The notes under the pieces are model-generated. The model saw only the letters and a list, made by a program, of their open reading frames with translations. It was not told the origin of the DNA and ran no database searches. Positions 48,408-57,295 of a stretch of 64,000 nt of DNA are shown piece after piece (the first letter of the stretch is position 1; the number at the start of each line of letters is the position of its first letter). Made by a program: the position numbers and the translations under genes. Source of the stretch: a virus; the IMG/VR virus record IMGVR_UViG_3300025687_007517, positions 8,511-72,510 of that record; one strand, 5' to 3'.

Positions 48408-48409
48408 TT

Positions 48410-48487
48410 TGGCACCCCCGACAGGACTCGAACCTGTAACCTACGGTTTAGAAGACCGTTGCATCTATCCAATTGTGCTACGGAGGC
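48410..48487 (-). tRNA. tRNA-Arg(UCU)
   Basis: Anticodon arm ACGGT-CTTCTAA-ACCGT, GTTCGAGTC T-loop, encoded CCA. Confidence 0.93.
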
Positions 48488-48506
48488 TTTATTTTTTCAT
48501 AGGGCT

Positions 48507-48535
48507 ATTTTAGTGTATTCCGCGAAGGTTGTCAA
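48507..48535 (-). promoter_or_regulatory. Sigma70-type promoter for the tRNA cluster
   Basis: TTGACA-17 nt-TAAAAT, ~20 nt upstream of tRNA-Arg. Confidence 0.75.
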
Positions 48536-48695
48536 GTACATTTTCTCTTTTTGCTTCTTCCATTTTCTCGCTAATAAACTCAGCAAGAGCACGGCGAGCA
48601 TCAGCAGAAGTCAGGTTAATAATCTTTTCACCACGAGAGTCGATAAACTCTTTAATGATGTTCTCAATAAAAAACTTGTTTCTGTGGTAGTGCAT
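48510..48695 (-). CDS. Hypothetical protein
   Basis: 61-aa ORF with GGGAG SD and own promoter. Confidence 0.55.
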   Translation of the reverse strand: MHYHRNKFFIENIIKEFIDSRGEKIINLTSADARRALAEFISEKMEEAKRENVLDNLRGIH

Positions 48696-48718
48696 TTTAC
48701 TCCCAAAGTTATAACGCT

Positions 48719-48747
48719 ATTGTATCGTAGTTTCTGGGGTATGTCAA
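48719..48747 (-). promoter_or_regulatory. Sigma70-type promoter
   Basis: TTGACA-17 nt-TACAAT. Confidence 0.75.
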
Positions 48748-49286
48748 GTGTTATTGGTCATGTGGTGCGTATGTTCTTTACACCGTGGTTCGTAGTCGCC
48801 CTTTCCACCAACAGAGACTTTATCTTTTATCTCGGTTAAACGAATGGAATAATAAGCGTCTTCTCCGCAAAAGCAAACTGCGGGGCACACTTCTATTTTT
48901 GTGGCGTATGGCAACATGATACTCATTTCCTCAAAGGGTTGTCCAAGCGAAGAAAGCTGGAGGGAAGAAACATAAACTGTTTTACCAGCTTTGTAAAGGT
49001 CAATAAGCACGTCTGCTATGTTTGGTATCATAAATGCTTCATCGACTGCTACTACGTCTGCTTTACCAAGGTGGGTTATTATTTCTTCTCCGAGTTCTAT
49101 GTTTATGGAACGCCAACGGTTGCCGTTGTGGGAAATAACAGACTCGGTTGAGTATCGTGTGTCCATTTTTGGCTTGAACAGCTTAATAACTTTTTTTTGA
49201 TACTTGGCTCGCTCTAAGCGAGAAAGCATTCTAGAGGTTTTGCCTCCAAACATAGGACCAGTAAAAATAACGAACTCTTGTTTCAT
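48744..49286 (-). CDS. tdk: Thymidine kinase
   Basis: GPMFGGKT, FKP..DTRY, SH, VDEAFM, C..C, VGG..YEPRC..H. Confidence 0.93.
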   Translation of the reverse strand: MKQEFVIFTGPMFGGKTSRMLSRLERAKYQKKVIKLFKPKMDTRYSTESVISHNGNRWRSINIELGEEIITHLGKADVVAVDEAFMIPNIADVLIDLYKAGKTVYVSSLQLSSLGQPFEEMSIMLPYATKIEVCPAVCFCGEDAYYSIRLTEIKDKVSVGGKGDYEPRCKEHTHHMTNNT

Positions 49287-49489
49287 ACCTCAACCTTGGA
49301 AACCATACCTTCTCTTGAAAGAAGGTCTTCCCTAATAACAACCAAACCATTAACACTTTCTATGCGGATCGACAAAAAAGAATTTTGTTTTTTCTCGATA
49401 AAACCGTATCTACACCATTTGCCGTCTTTGTGAGTGTAAAGTGTTTCACCTGCTTTGTAGTTACACAGCCTGTACTTTCCTTCCATCAT
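49283..49489 (-). CDS. Hypothetical protein
   Basis: GAGGTG SD before MMEGKY. Confidence 0.5.
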   Translation of the reverse strand: MMEGKYRLCNYKAGETLYTHKDGKWCRYGFIEKKQNSFLSIRIESVNGLVVIREDLLSREGMVSKVEV

Positions 49490-49497
49490 AATGCACC

Positions 49498-50010
49498 TCA
49501 AAAAATGTAGTCTAACCAAGTTTTGGGAATATCCCTTCCGAACTTCTTACTATTTTCAACAACCAACTCAACTGGTGTGTCTGGTTTTCTAATAAGTTTC
49601 ATACCAGCTTGTTTCAAAGACTTGTTTCCTTTTTTCTGGTTACAGCGCCTACAACAAGCCACTATGTTGTTCCAAGCCTTCTTACCGCCCTGTGAGGACG
49701 GAATAATGTGGTCTAGGGTAAAGTTTGCGGTCGTCATTTCGATGCCACAGTATTGACACCGCCCTTCATCACGAATAAATACGTTGTCTCGGCTGAACTT
49801 TACAACACGGTTGAAGCGGAACTTCTTTATGACATTGCCCACAAAACGAACAATGGATGGGACCGGAATAGCCTCATCCACTGTTTTTATTTTTTTGTTC
49901 TCGTAGACTTCTACGATTTCAACACGTCCTGCGAACCACATAGAGATGGCTTTTTGCCAAGAGACTTGAGCCATCGGCTGGTATGCTGAAGATAGAACTA
50001 ATGTGTCCAT
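49498..50010 (-). CDS. HNH endonuclease
   Basis: TLVL..YQP, RD..CQYCG, TLDHIIPSSQGG, W.NIV.CC..CN..K. Confidence 0.92.
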   Translation of the reverse strand: MDTLVLSSAYQPMAQVSWQKAISMWFAGRVEIVEVYENKKIKTVDEAIPVPSIVRFVGNVIKKFRFNRVVKFSRDNVFIRDEGRCQYCGIEMTTANFTLDHIIPSSQGGKKAWNNIVACCRRCNQKKGNKSLKQAGMKLIRKPDTPVELVVENSKKFGRDIPKTWLDYIF

Positions 50011-50017
50011 ACTATAA

Positions 50018-50662
50018 CTATACTATTTCATCAACCAAGCCCCACTTTACGCACTTCGCAGAGTCGAGCCAAAGGTCGTGTTTCAGAATCTCATCCAGTT
50101 CCTTTTTTGGAATGGAACAGTGTTCCTTGTAAATTTCCTTAATGCGAGACATTAAAAGGTCAAGGTTTTCCATTTCATCCTTGAACTCTTCGTACTTGCC
50201 CCACATAACTGATGACAGTTGGTGGATAAGCATGAAAGAATTTTGATGAATGAAACGCTTGTCTCCTACCACCGAAATAAGTGTAGCAGCGGAAGCGGCA
50301 GAACCGTCAATATAGGTATGTACGGGCGTGCCAAGGGACTTAATAGTATCAACCGTTGAGAAGCCTGCAAAAATGCTTCCTCCATAAGAGTTGATGTAGA
50401 GTTTAATAGGTACTTCGACTCCATATTTCACCTTTACGACTTGTAGGTCTTTGTCCATAGTGCGGAGAGCTTTATTAAGAACTTTTGCGTTCTCTCCATT
50501 TACCTCTCCATAAAACATAATACAGTTATCGTGTGAATCAACTGCGCTTGGGGAAGAACCTCCACCGCCGTCGCTCAAAATTAAAATTTTTGGTTGTTCG
50601 GCTTCTTCTTCCTCTTCCATTTTCTTGGTAGTTTTCTTATCTGCCCAATAGTATCTTGTCAT
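50018..50662 (-). CDS. clpP: ClpP-like protease
   Basis: IKLYINSYGG, G.AASAATLI (Ser), MLIHQ (His), D.W.....GLVDEI. Confidence 0.88.
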   Translation of the reverse strand: MTRYYWADKKTTKKMEEEEEAEQPKILILSDGGGGSSPSAVDSHDNCIMFYGEVNGENAKVLNKALRTMDKDLQVVKVKYGVEVPIKLYINSYGGSIFAGFSTVDTIKSLGTPVHTYIDGSAASAATLISVVGDKRFIHQNSFMLIHQLSSVMWGKYEEFKDEMENLDLLMSRIKEIYKEHCSIPKKELDEILKHDLWLDSAKCVKWGLVDEIV

Positions 50663-50685
50663 TCAGTTGTTTCCTTATTTTATAG

Positions 50686-50774
50686 TGTAGACTGTTGAGG
50701 CACCTTTTACCCCGTGCCTTCCTGCGGGTTAGCCCAGACCTAACGGAAATCACCCCCTTGGCGGTCTTGATGGA
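50686..50774 (-). ncRNA. Candidate structured RNA in 5' region of clpP-like gene
   Basis: GC-rich intergenic tract with stems AGACC/GGTCT, GGG-CTAA-CCC and AGGCAC/GTGCCT; family not recognised. Confidence 0.4.
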
Positions 50775-50981
50775 CTAAGTTAATTTTTTTCGGGGGTCGA
50801 TTTTTGAATCGTCCGAAATGCTGTTTATGTACCAATGAGTTTTAGTGCTGTCTCTGAGGTCGTTACATTTGGTGTAGCACCAGCTTGCTGCCTCGGAAAA
50901 CGTTTTATCTTTTAATACAAAAACTTTTTTTTCTTTCTCGCTATAAGAAGATAGAATAGCTGTGTAATTTTTTCTAATCAT
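50775..50981 (-). CDS. Hypothetical protein
   Basis: MIRKNYTAIL..., TAATG coupling to endolysin stop. Confidence 0.5.
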   Translation of the reverse strand: MIRKNYTAILSSYSEKEKKVFVLKDKTFSEAASWCYTKCNDLRDSTKTHWYINSISDDSKIDPRKKLT

Positions 50982-51904
50982 TAGAACCAATTCTTGCCAA
51001 AGACACAATCCTTGGCTTCATTCCAATAAACAAACTGCTCGCACTTTGATAGGGGATAAACTTTTAAAAGCTCCTCTCCAAACTTTGAGACACCCTCGGT
51101 TAATGCTCTTTCGTACTGAAAGTGCCACCACTCTGCTCCACCGTATGAGCCACCTCTGAAAAAGGAGCTACGAGCACGAATAGAATGGAAACCGTGTTTT
51201 AGAGCAAGCGCTGTGAAATCAACAAACTTGTCTGTGACTTCTTTTTTGTGGATAACTGTTTTTCCTGCTCTGCGGGTAATGTATGTGCCTTCAATGGTTT
51301 TTTCTTCACCCTCTTCGCAGCGCATCCAAACTCGCCAGCGTCTTCCACCAATGTCTTCAATGACGTAAGGGTCAACCGCAGGGTCTTTCATTCCTGTTGG
51401 AAGAGCCATGTCAAAAGCTAGACCAGTGTAGTGCATCGACTTTTTGGAGCGTGCAGCACCTGCTTTGGAAGCAAGACCACGACGACCACCGGCTGAAGTG
51501 ATGATGCCGCCCAAAGAATGAACTTCCTTGTAAAGAGCGTTGTAAGCTTCTGCTGCGTCTGAACGAAGCGTGACGCGGGTGTAACCGTCTCTGCCTGGAA
51601 ACTTGTCTGCTGGGCAGCGTTCCCAAGAAAGTTTTTCTGCGGGTGGAACAAGAACCTCTTCTTGCTCGTCTTCGCCAACTAGGTCAAGACCCTTTTCCTT
51701 TAAAAGTTCGTTGAGCTTTCCAATGGTGCCGTTGCCGACAAGACCATCAACCTTTAAGCCTTGATAAGCTTGAAAAGCTTTTACTGCTTTTTCTGTTGCT
51801 GGACCAAAAGCTCCGTCGCAAGTTCCTAGCTCATAGCCAAGTGCTTCTAGACCCTCTTGGAGTTCTACTACTTGGTGTCCAGATGAACCTCTTTTTAATA
51901 ACAT
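50981..51904 (-). CDS. Endolysin: peptidoglycan-binding domain plus M15 peptidase
   Basis: LKRGSSG..V..LQ..L, DG.FGPATEKAVKAFQ...GLKVDG.VG (PG_binding_1); SMHYTGLAFD and EWWHFQY. Confidence 0.9.
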   Translation of the reverse strand: MLLKRGSSGHQVVELQEGLEALGYELGTCDGAFGPATEKAVKAFQAYQGLKVDGLVGNGTIGKLNELLKEKGLDLVGEDEQEEVLVPPAEKLSWERCPADKFPGRDGYTRVTLRSDAAEAYNALYKEVHSLGGIITSAGGRRGLASKAGAARSKKSMHYTGLAFDMALPTGMKDPAVDPYVIEDIGGRRWRVWMRCEEGEEKTIEGTYITRRAGKTVIHKKEVTDKFVDFTALALKHGFHSIRARSSFFRGGSYGGAEWWHFQYERALTEGVSKFGEELLKVYPLSKCEQFVYWNEAKDCVFGKNWF

Positions 51905-51926
51905 AATAAAATACCTCCACAAGTAT

Positions 51927-52133
51927 CTAGTTTACAAGTGTTGCGTACTTCTGCTCATCATAAAGAATTTCATAAACGCCAACGATACGCCAACCCTTTT
52001 CCTTTGCTTCCATGAACTGATAGCGTAGCTCTGTGGCTTCGTAATAAGCTTCCTCAAAACTGTTAGCAGAAAAATTTTTATCGTAAGCTTTTCCAAGCTC
52101 GTCATTCTTAAAATGTACCTTGTACTTATTCAT
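51927..52133 (-). CDS. Hypothetical protein
   Basis: 68-aa ORF with AGGAG SD. Confidence 0.55.
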   Translation of the reverse strand: MNKYKVHFKNDELGKAYDKNFSANSFEEAYYEATELRYQFMEAKEKGWRIVGVYEILYDEQKYATLVN

Positions 52134-52141
52134 TTTATCTC

Positions 52142-53143
52142 CTAAATCATTTCTGGGCTGGATGAAAAGTGGGTATTGATACCCTCAGTGGGGAACTCCT
52201 CTTTAAGAAAGTTCAAAAAATAATTTTGAAAACCTTCTTGATCGCTGAGAATATTAACTTGACCGTTTTGATCAAAAACGTTCCAAGTCCCCACTTCTTT
52301 AAGCACGTCCATTTTGTTGATAACAACGTGAGTCACACCGTTGACCAAAATAGCATTACTGATCAAGTTCATGTCAGTCCAGCTTACTTGACGAGGGCGA
52401 CCAGTTGTTGCGCCATATTCCTTACCAATGGTGCGAATCTTTGAGAAGATAGGGTTGTTCAACTCAAACTTCTTTGCACCGACATAAGTCTCGTAGCATT
52501 TCATTACTCCCCAGACCTCGTTGAGTGCCTTTGGTGGAATGCCATTCAGAAGAGCACCAGCGGTGGTACAATGGGAGGAAGTAACAAAAGGATAGTCTCC
52601 CCAATCAATATCCAAACCAAAGCCTTGTGCGCCCTCACAGAGAACATAATTTTCTGGTTGGTTTAACTCTGGGAGAAGGTCAATCAAAAATGGTTCTAAC
52701 TCAGCGCAGTCCTTTGCACGGATACCTGTGCGAGCGTACTTGTCTCGGTAAGCAGGACCGTTGCCACGCTTTGTGGTGCCAATCTTTTTTTCTGCATCTT
52801 CCTCGTCCAAATGGTCTTGGGTAATGACGTGAGCGTTTTTGGCTACAAAGATAAGACCCTTTGTATCAACGCCGCCCTCTTCCAACTCCCTAATCTCTTT
52901 TAGAAGTTGCTGAGGGTTTACAACACAACCCGAACCAATAATGGACTTAATACCAAAAAAAACACCACAAGGGACGTGGTGCGTTATGAACTTTTTGCCG
53001 TTGTGGTAAATCGTGTGCCCTGCATTACAACCACCGTTGTACCGGAGGACATGAGTGTAGTTCCTTGTTCTGGCTAGGTGGTGAGCTACTTTGCCTTTCC
53101 CACAGTCGCCGTACTGAAGGTCTACAATAACATCTGCCTTCAT
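52142..53143 (-). CDS. purA: Adenylosuccinate synthetase (short form)
   Basis: QYGDCGKGK, GG.NAGHT, GTTKRGNGPAY.DK, EGAQG..LDID.GDYPFVTSS, GATTGRPR, NKMD. Confidence 0.93.
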   Translation of the reverse strand: MKADVIVDLQYGDCGKGKVAHHLARTRNYTHVLRYNGGCNAGHTIYHNGKKFITHHVPCGVFFGIKSIIGSGCVVNPQQLLKEIRELEEGGVDTKGLIFVAKNAHVITQDHLDEEDAEKKIGTTKRGNGPAYRDKYARTGIRAKDCAELEPFLIDLLPELNQPENYVLCEGAQGFGLDIDWGDYPFVTSSHCTTAGALLNGIPPKALNEVWGVMKCYETYVGAKKFELNNPIFSKIRTIGKEYGATTGRPRQVSWTDMNLISNAILVNGVTHVVINKMDVLKEVGTWNVFDQNGQVNILSDQEGFQNYFLNFLKEEFPTEGINTHFSSSPEMI

Positions 53144-53277
53144 TTCTTCTCCCTGTGTTACACAGTGTATAACACATTATAATAGACATATATATTAAAT
53201 TTAAGTAAAACAGTTCTGTCAATAACAGTGTTAGTCATATATTGTTAATCACAGTGTGTATCACATATGTGAATATG

Positions 53278-53305
53278 AGTATACCTGAAGAAAATGAAAA
53301 GTCAA
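53278..53305 (-). promoter_or_regulatory. Sigma70-type promoter upstream of purA
   Basis: TTGACT-16 nt-TATACT. Confidence 0.6.
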
Positions 53306-53321
53306 GACCTTTTCTGAAGAT

Positions 53322-56267
53322 TTATCCAAGGGAGGCAGAATAAGCTGTGACTCTTCCTCTAAGATTCATTGGTCCTTTAATACCTTTTGAAAATGGAAGC
53401 TGCCCTGCTTTGTTTTTGTAGCCACCGGGGTTGTTAAGATAGGTGTTGATTGTCCCGTTGGGAGAAATACTAGAACTAACGTTCGCCGCTTCATCGATTA
53501 CATTATTTAAAATAGTAATTTCTTGCGTGGGTTGTAAAGTTCCTGTACTTAAATTTACAAGAGTGGTAAAGCCCATTTGAATTGTTAGACCGCTACTAGC
53601 CCAAGAATTATTTCCAGCAATAGTAAATGTTTTATTTCCACCCTCTTGATCATTCCAATTTAAAGTAGTTGGTAGTCCAGTGTAGTCTGCTGAAGTGGCT
53701 GTGCCTCCTATTTGTGTTATAGAAGCTGTAGCCGCAAAATCAATACCACCAGAACGAGCCACAGTGATTGTAACTGATGTTGGAGTTCCTGCCCCAGCTT
53801 GGTAAATTGAAGCAGAAGCTACGGAGAAATTAACCGAACCAGTTTCGTTATCAATAACGGTTAATGTAAACTGGTTAGTGCCTGTAGTCGGGGTTGGGTA
53901 AGCAAATGTACCAGAATTTGGATATTCAATACTGTCAAGGTTGACAATAATTGTTTCGCTTTGACCATCCTCAAGAATATCATCAACAATAGTAAGAGGC
54001 ACATCGACTGTTGGTTCAAAGTCATTAAAAGAAACGGTATCTGGTGCTGTGTAGTCTGTATTTCTTGTTGCTGTGCCAGCATAACTTAAAGAAGCAGTGG
54101 CAGCGCCATGAATACCATCTGTGCGAGTAATTTGAACGTTATATGTTCCGACACTTTCATTTACAGAAGCGCTAGTGGCAGTAAATCCAAATTGTCCAGG
54201 GTAAATTAAAGTACCAGTTGAAAAACTGCTAGTTCCAATTACGGCAACAGAAGGGTTACTAAGACCTAAAATTAACTTTCTGGGTGGGTCTGCTTCTGTA
54301 GCGTCTGAATTGAAAATAATGTCAAGGTCAAAAGTTTTTGTTCCTTGTTCTTGATCGGACCAGTTTAGTGTGTATGGAAAATTGCCAGCATCATAATCTG
54401 CGTCTGGGTCGGCACTTGAAGCAGCATCAACAACAACTTCGACACTTGCCTCACCATCACCACCAGAGGTTCTTGTTACTTCATAAGTATAGGTTACTGT
54501 ATCCCCTGAACTGGCTGTTAGACTAAAGTCTAAATAAGTCGGGCTAAAGTTTAGCGAACCAGTTTCGTTGTCTTCAATTGACAAAACAAAAGAGGATTCT
54601 TGTCCAATTTGAACTTCTGGATAAAAAAGCTCACCAGATAATGGGTTTTCTGTGCTAAAAAGACTAAACGTGCCACTCTCTGTGTTTTCATCGATTACAT
54701 CGTCGGACGCAGTAACCGCAAAAGAAGATTCGTTTTCGCTATCACTAAAGAAGACCGTACCTGTAACGTCACCATTGCCAGCAACACCAAATGTAATACC
54801 ATTAAATGTTAAATCGTTTTGGTAGTCCCAAGCGTTACTTCCAGTGACAATGCCAATCGTTGCAGTTAGTTCTCCGTAAGTGCCGCTAATTCTGTTAATT
54901 GAAACAACTGTATTGTTGCCTTCCACAATTGTTGCAGTCGATGAGGAAAACTCTATAAAACCTGGGTAGATAATGTTTGTAGAAGAGGTCGAAGGCGATA
55001 CAATACTTGCCTCGCCACTGCTAGAAATGTAAGGTTGAAACGTTTTTGTTGTTGTTGGATTTGATAAAAACGTTACTGTAAAATCTTTTGAACCTGTTTC
55101 GTTCAGTGCCCAAGTTAAATCTAATGGGAATATATTAGTATAATCTGTGCCTGCAACTGCCGTACCAGTTACATCAATTGAGGCTGTTAATACTGTTGAG
55201 CCAGACTGTCTTTGCACAGAGAAAGTTCCAGTTGTCTGACTTCCTTGTCCTGGGTAAAGGACGTTTGGTGCAACGTTTGCGCCAGTAAATGTAAATGAAA
55301 CTTCGCCTGCTGGTGAGATGTTTAAAGGTTGTGTATCATAGTAAGGGTGAGATACTGGTAATGAACCCGTTAAGCCCCACTTCCAAGCAAGGTAGCCTTC
55401 GATTCTTTGACGGTCTTCTTCATTGGGAACACCGTCAAGGATAAGCATTTCTGCCAAAGTCCAGTGAGGTCTAAAGTTGCTTCCTTCAACTTCGCCACCG
55501 AAGTAGAACGAACCGTCTGATCCAGTGTCTGTACTTAAAGTCGCGTTGTATTGATAGGCGTCAGATTCTCCGTTTAAAGAAATTGAACCTGTTGAAGAAG
55601 CGCTGTGAAATTGATAGTAAATTTTTGCTTCGCCAGCGTTTGGAGAAACCGCTGTTTCAAAACCCAATTCTGTAGAACCAGATATAAAATCTTCAGCACC
55701 TCCAAATTTTGAAAGAAAGAAAGTGCCGGAACTCATTGCCCAGCCACTTTCTAAATTTGCAGATCCAGAAGGAGATACGCCAACACCATAAGTTTCATTA
55801 GCAAAATTATCACCATATTGCCAAGCATAACTATTGACAAAACCACGGACACCATGATATTTTGCGACATAAAAAACAGACCTGTCGTCGTTTCCACCGG
55901 GTAATAGACCGTTGATAGCTCCGATAGAGGAGGTCATTCGACCAATTTGAAGGTTACGAAGAGGCTGACCGCCTGCATTTATTACATTACTAAACCAAAT
56001 TGTTGGTCTGTCATTAAGATATCCCTGTGACCCAGAATCACCATAAACAGGGGGATAAGTACCATCTCCGGTAAAAATAATATCGCCAATAACGTCTACA
56101 GCCTGAGTAATGGTAAAATAACCGCCACTTGAACCAAAAGTCCAACTACCAGTTTGTTCTGGGTCAAGCCAAAACTTTAAATTATTACCGAGAGGAAAAG
56201 AACCAGTTTGACCGGGAGCCCATAGTGTTCCAGAATTTTCTATATATGGTGGTCTAAAATCGCTCAC
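53322..56267 (-). CDS. Calx-beta repeat adhesin/virion decoration protein with N-terminal LamG-like domain
   Basis: N-terminal LKFWLD...IEGYLAWKWGL; repeated V.R..G....V.....GTA...DY.....L.W...E...K.F...DD...E..E units. Confidence 0.8.
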   Translation of the reverse strand: MSDFRPPYIENSGTLWAPGQTGSFPLGNNLKFWLDPEQTGSWTFGSSGGYFTITQAVDVIGDIIFTGDGTYPPVYGDSGSQGYLNDRPTIWFSNVINAGGQPLRNLQIGRMTSSIGAINGLLPGGNDDRSVFYVAKYHGVRGFVNSYAWQYGDNFANETYGVGVSPSGSANLESGWAMSSGTFFLSKFGGAEDFISGSTELGFETAVSPNAGEAKIYYQFHSASSTGSISLNGESDAYQYNATLSTDTGSDGSFYFGGEVEGSNFRPHWTLAEMLILDGVPNEEDRQRIEGYLAWKWGLTGSLPVSHPYYDTQPLNISPAGEVSFTFTGANVAPNVLYPGQGSQTTGTFSVQRQSGSTVLTASIDVTGTAVAGTDYTNIFPLDLTWALNETGSKDFTVTFLSNPTTTKTFQPYISSSGEASIVSPSTSSTNIIYPGFIEFSSSTATIVEGNNTVVSINRISGTYGELTATIGIVTGSNAWDYQNDLTFNGITFGVAGNGDVTGTVFFSDSENESSFAVTASDDVIDENTESGTFSLFSTENPLSGELFYPEVQIGQESSFVLSIEDNETGSLNFSPTYLDFSLTASSGDTVTYTYEVTRTSGGDGEASVEVVVDAASSADPDADYDAGNFPYTLNWSDQEQGTKTFDLDIIFNSDATEADPPRKLILGLSNPSVAVIGTSSFSTGTLIYPGQFGFTATSASVNESVGTYNVQITRTDGIHGAATASLSYAGTATRNTDYTAPDTVSFNDFEPTVDVPLTIVDDILEDGQSETIIVNLDSIEYPNSGTFAYPTPTTGTNQFTLTVIDNETGSVNFSVASASIYQAGAGTPTSVTITVARSGGIDFAATASITQIGGTATSADYTGLPTTLNWNDQEGGNKTFTIAGNNSWASSGLTIQMGFTTLVNLSTGTLQPTQEITILNNVIDEAANVSSSISPNGTINTYLNNPGGYKNKAGQLPFSKGIKGPMNLRGRVTAYSASLG

Positions 56268-56270
56268 TTT

Positions 56271-56579
56271 TTACTTTCCTAACCTCAGACTCTGCACTAT
56301 GGCTTTGTAATGCCGCAGGTTCACGCCCAAAAACTGAGCACCTGCTTTTCTCGTTTTTGTAGCCGCTATTGAATAGCGTACAATAGCGTGGTCAACCATA
56401 TACTTTGTTGCCTTCAATAAATAGTTGCCATAGAACTTCCCACCTGTAAGTTTGGCAGCAAGCTCTAATTTTAAAACTATTATTTCTTCTAGGGTAAGAT
56501 GGGAGAGTATTGCTTCAAACTCATCGTTTATTTTATTTTGGTCTCGCAAATACTTTCCGTATGAACGGTCTTCACTCAT
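56271..56579 (-). CDS. Hypothetical protein with possible C-terminal Fis-like HTH
   Basis: TRKAGAQFLGVN motif. Confidence 0.5.
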   Translation of the reverse strand: MSEDRSYGKYLRDQNKINDEFEAILSHLTLEEIIVLKLELAAKLTGGKFYGNYLLKATKYMVDHAIVRYSIAATKTRKAGAQFLGVNLRHYKAIVQSLRLGK

Positions 56580-57295
56580 GGGAGTTCATCGGCAGGTTTG
56601 TTAGCCAAATCGTCGTTTGGCTCTGGTAGTTCCTTTTCAGCTTGCATTCTGTGTAGGTCAAGGTTTTTGAGCAGGTATTTCTTAAAGAGTTGTGCATCCT
56701 TGCCACGGAGCTTTGAATAAGCTTTTGTAACTTGTGAGTTAATGCTGTTAAAAGCGTCAATAGCAAACTCACGACCTGTTGGGTCTTCGTCAGCGAGAGA
56801 AACATAAATAAAGTCGTCGGCTTCGTCGTCTTTTTTCTCGCTTTCTGGTTTGTCAATATCTGGGAAAAGAGCCTCGTCATCCATGTTGAGTTCTTCTTCG
56901 TCGGCATCACCAACCTTTACATTTATTTCTTCTTCAAGTTCTTCGGGCTCTGCTTCCTCGGCAGCCTCGTCGTTAATCTGGTCTGGCTTTAAAGTATCAT
57001 CAATAAAAGCAAGCATGTGCTTAATGTAAGAAACACGCTGGGCTGGGTCAGAGGTAAGTTCTTTGTATTTATCTTTAAATGTTGTGAGAACGTTGCCACT
57101 CAAAAGAGCTTCAAGTGTGTTAATGCCTGTGTTTTGGGTTGTGCCTTCTGTATCAACGCCTTCTTCAAGCATTTGACGAATAACCTTGCGAAGAGCGTTT
57201 TCTTTTTGCTCAACCAGTTGGTCTTGGTTGCGAAGTTGCTTGCGAATGTAATCGCGCAACATTTCTTCTTTGATTAGTTGCATACGGTCAATCAT
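56576..57295 (-). CDS. Hypothetical acidic protein (possible head/internal protein)
   Basis: Repeated LR..IR..L.E leader-like segments; acidic linker. Confidence 0.55.
   Translation of the reverse strand: MIDRMQLIKEEMLRDYIRKQLRNQDQLVEQKENALRKVIRQMLEEGVDTEGTTQNTGINTLEALLSGNVLTTFKDKYKELTSDPAQRVSYIKHMLAFIDDTLKPDQINDEAAEEAEPEELEEEINVKVGDADEEELNMDDEALFPDIDKPESEKKDDEADDFIYVSLADEDPTGREFAIDAFNSINSQVTKAYSKLRGKDAQLFKKYLLKNLDLHRMQAEKELPEPNDDLANKPADELP

Noticed and set aside
49498-50010. Intron-encoded or mobile homing endonuclease
   Set aside because: Flanking genes are intact and no intron structure is evident; looks like a free-standing HNH
52142-53143. PurZ (2-aminoadenine Z-genome) instead of PurA
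   Set aside because: Catalytic Asp is retained (YGDCGKGK, not GSxGKG), with PurA-type TTGRPR and NKMD GTP-specificity motifs; no DatZ/MazZ neighbours in the window
53144-53280. Purine riboswitch upstream of purA
   Set aside because: Lacks the conserved three-way-junction sequences; region is AT-rich with short repeats
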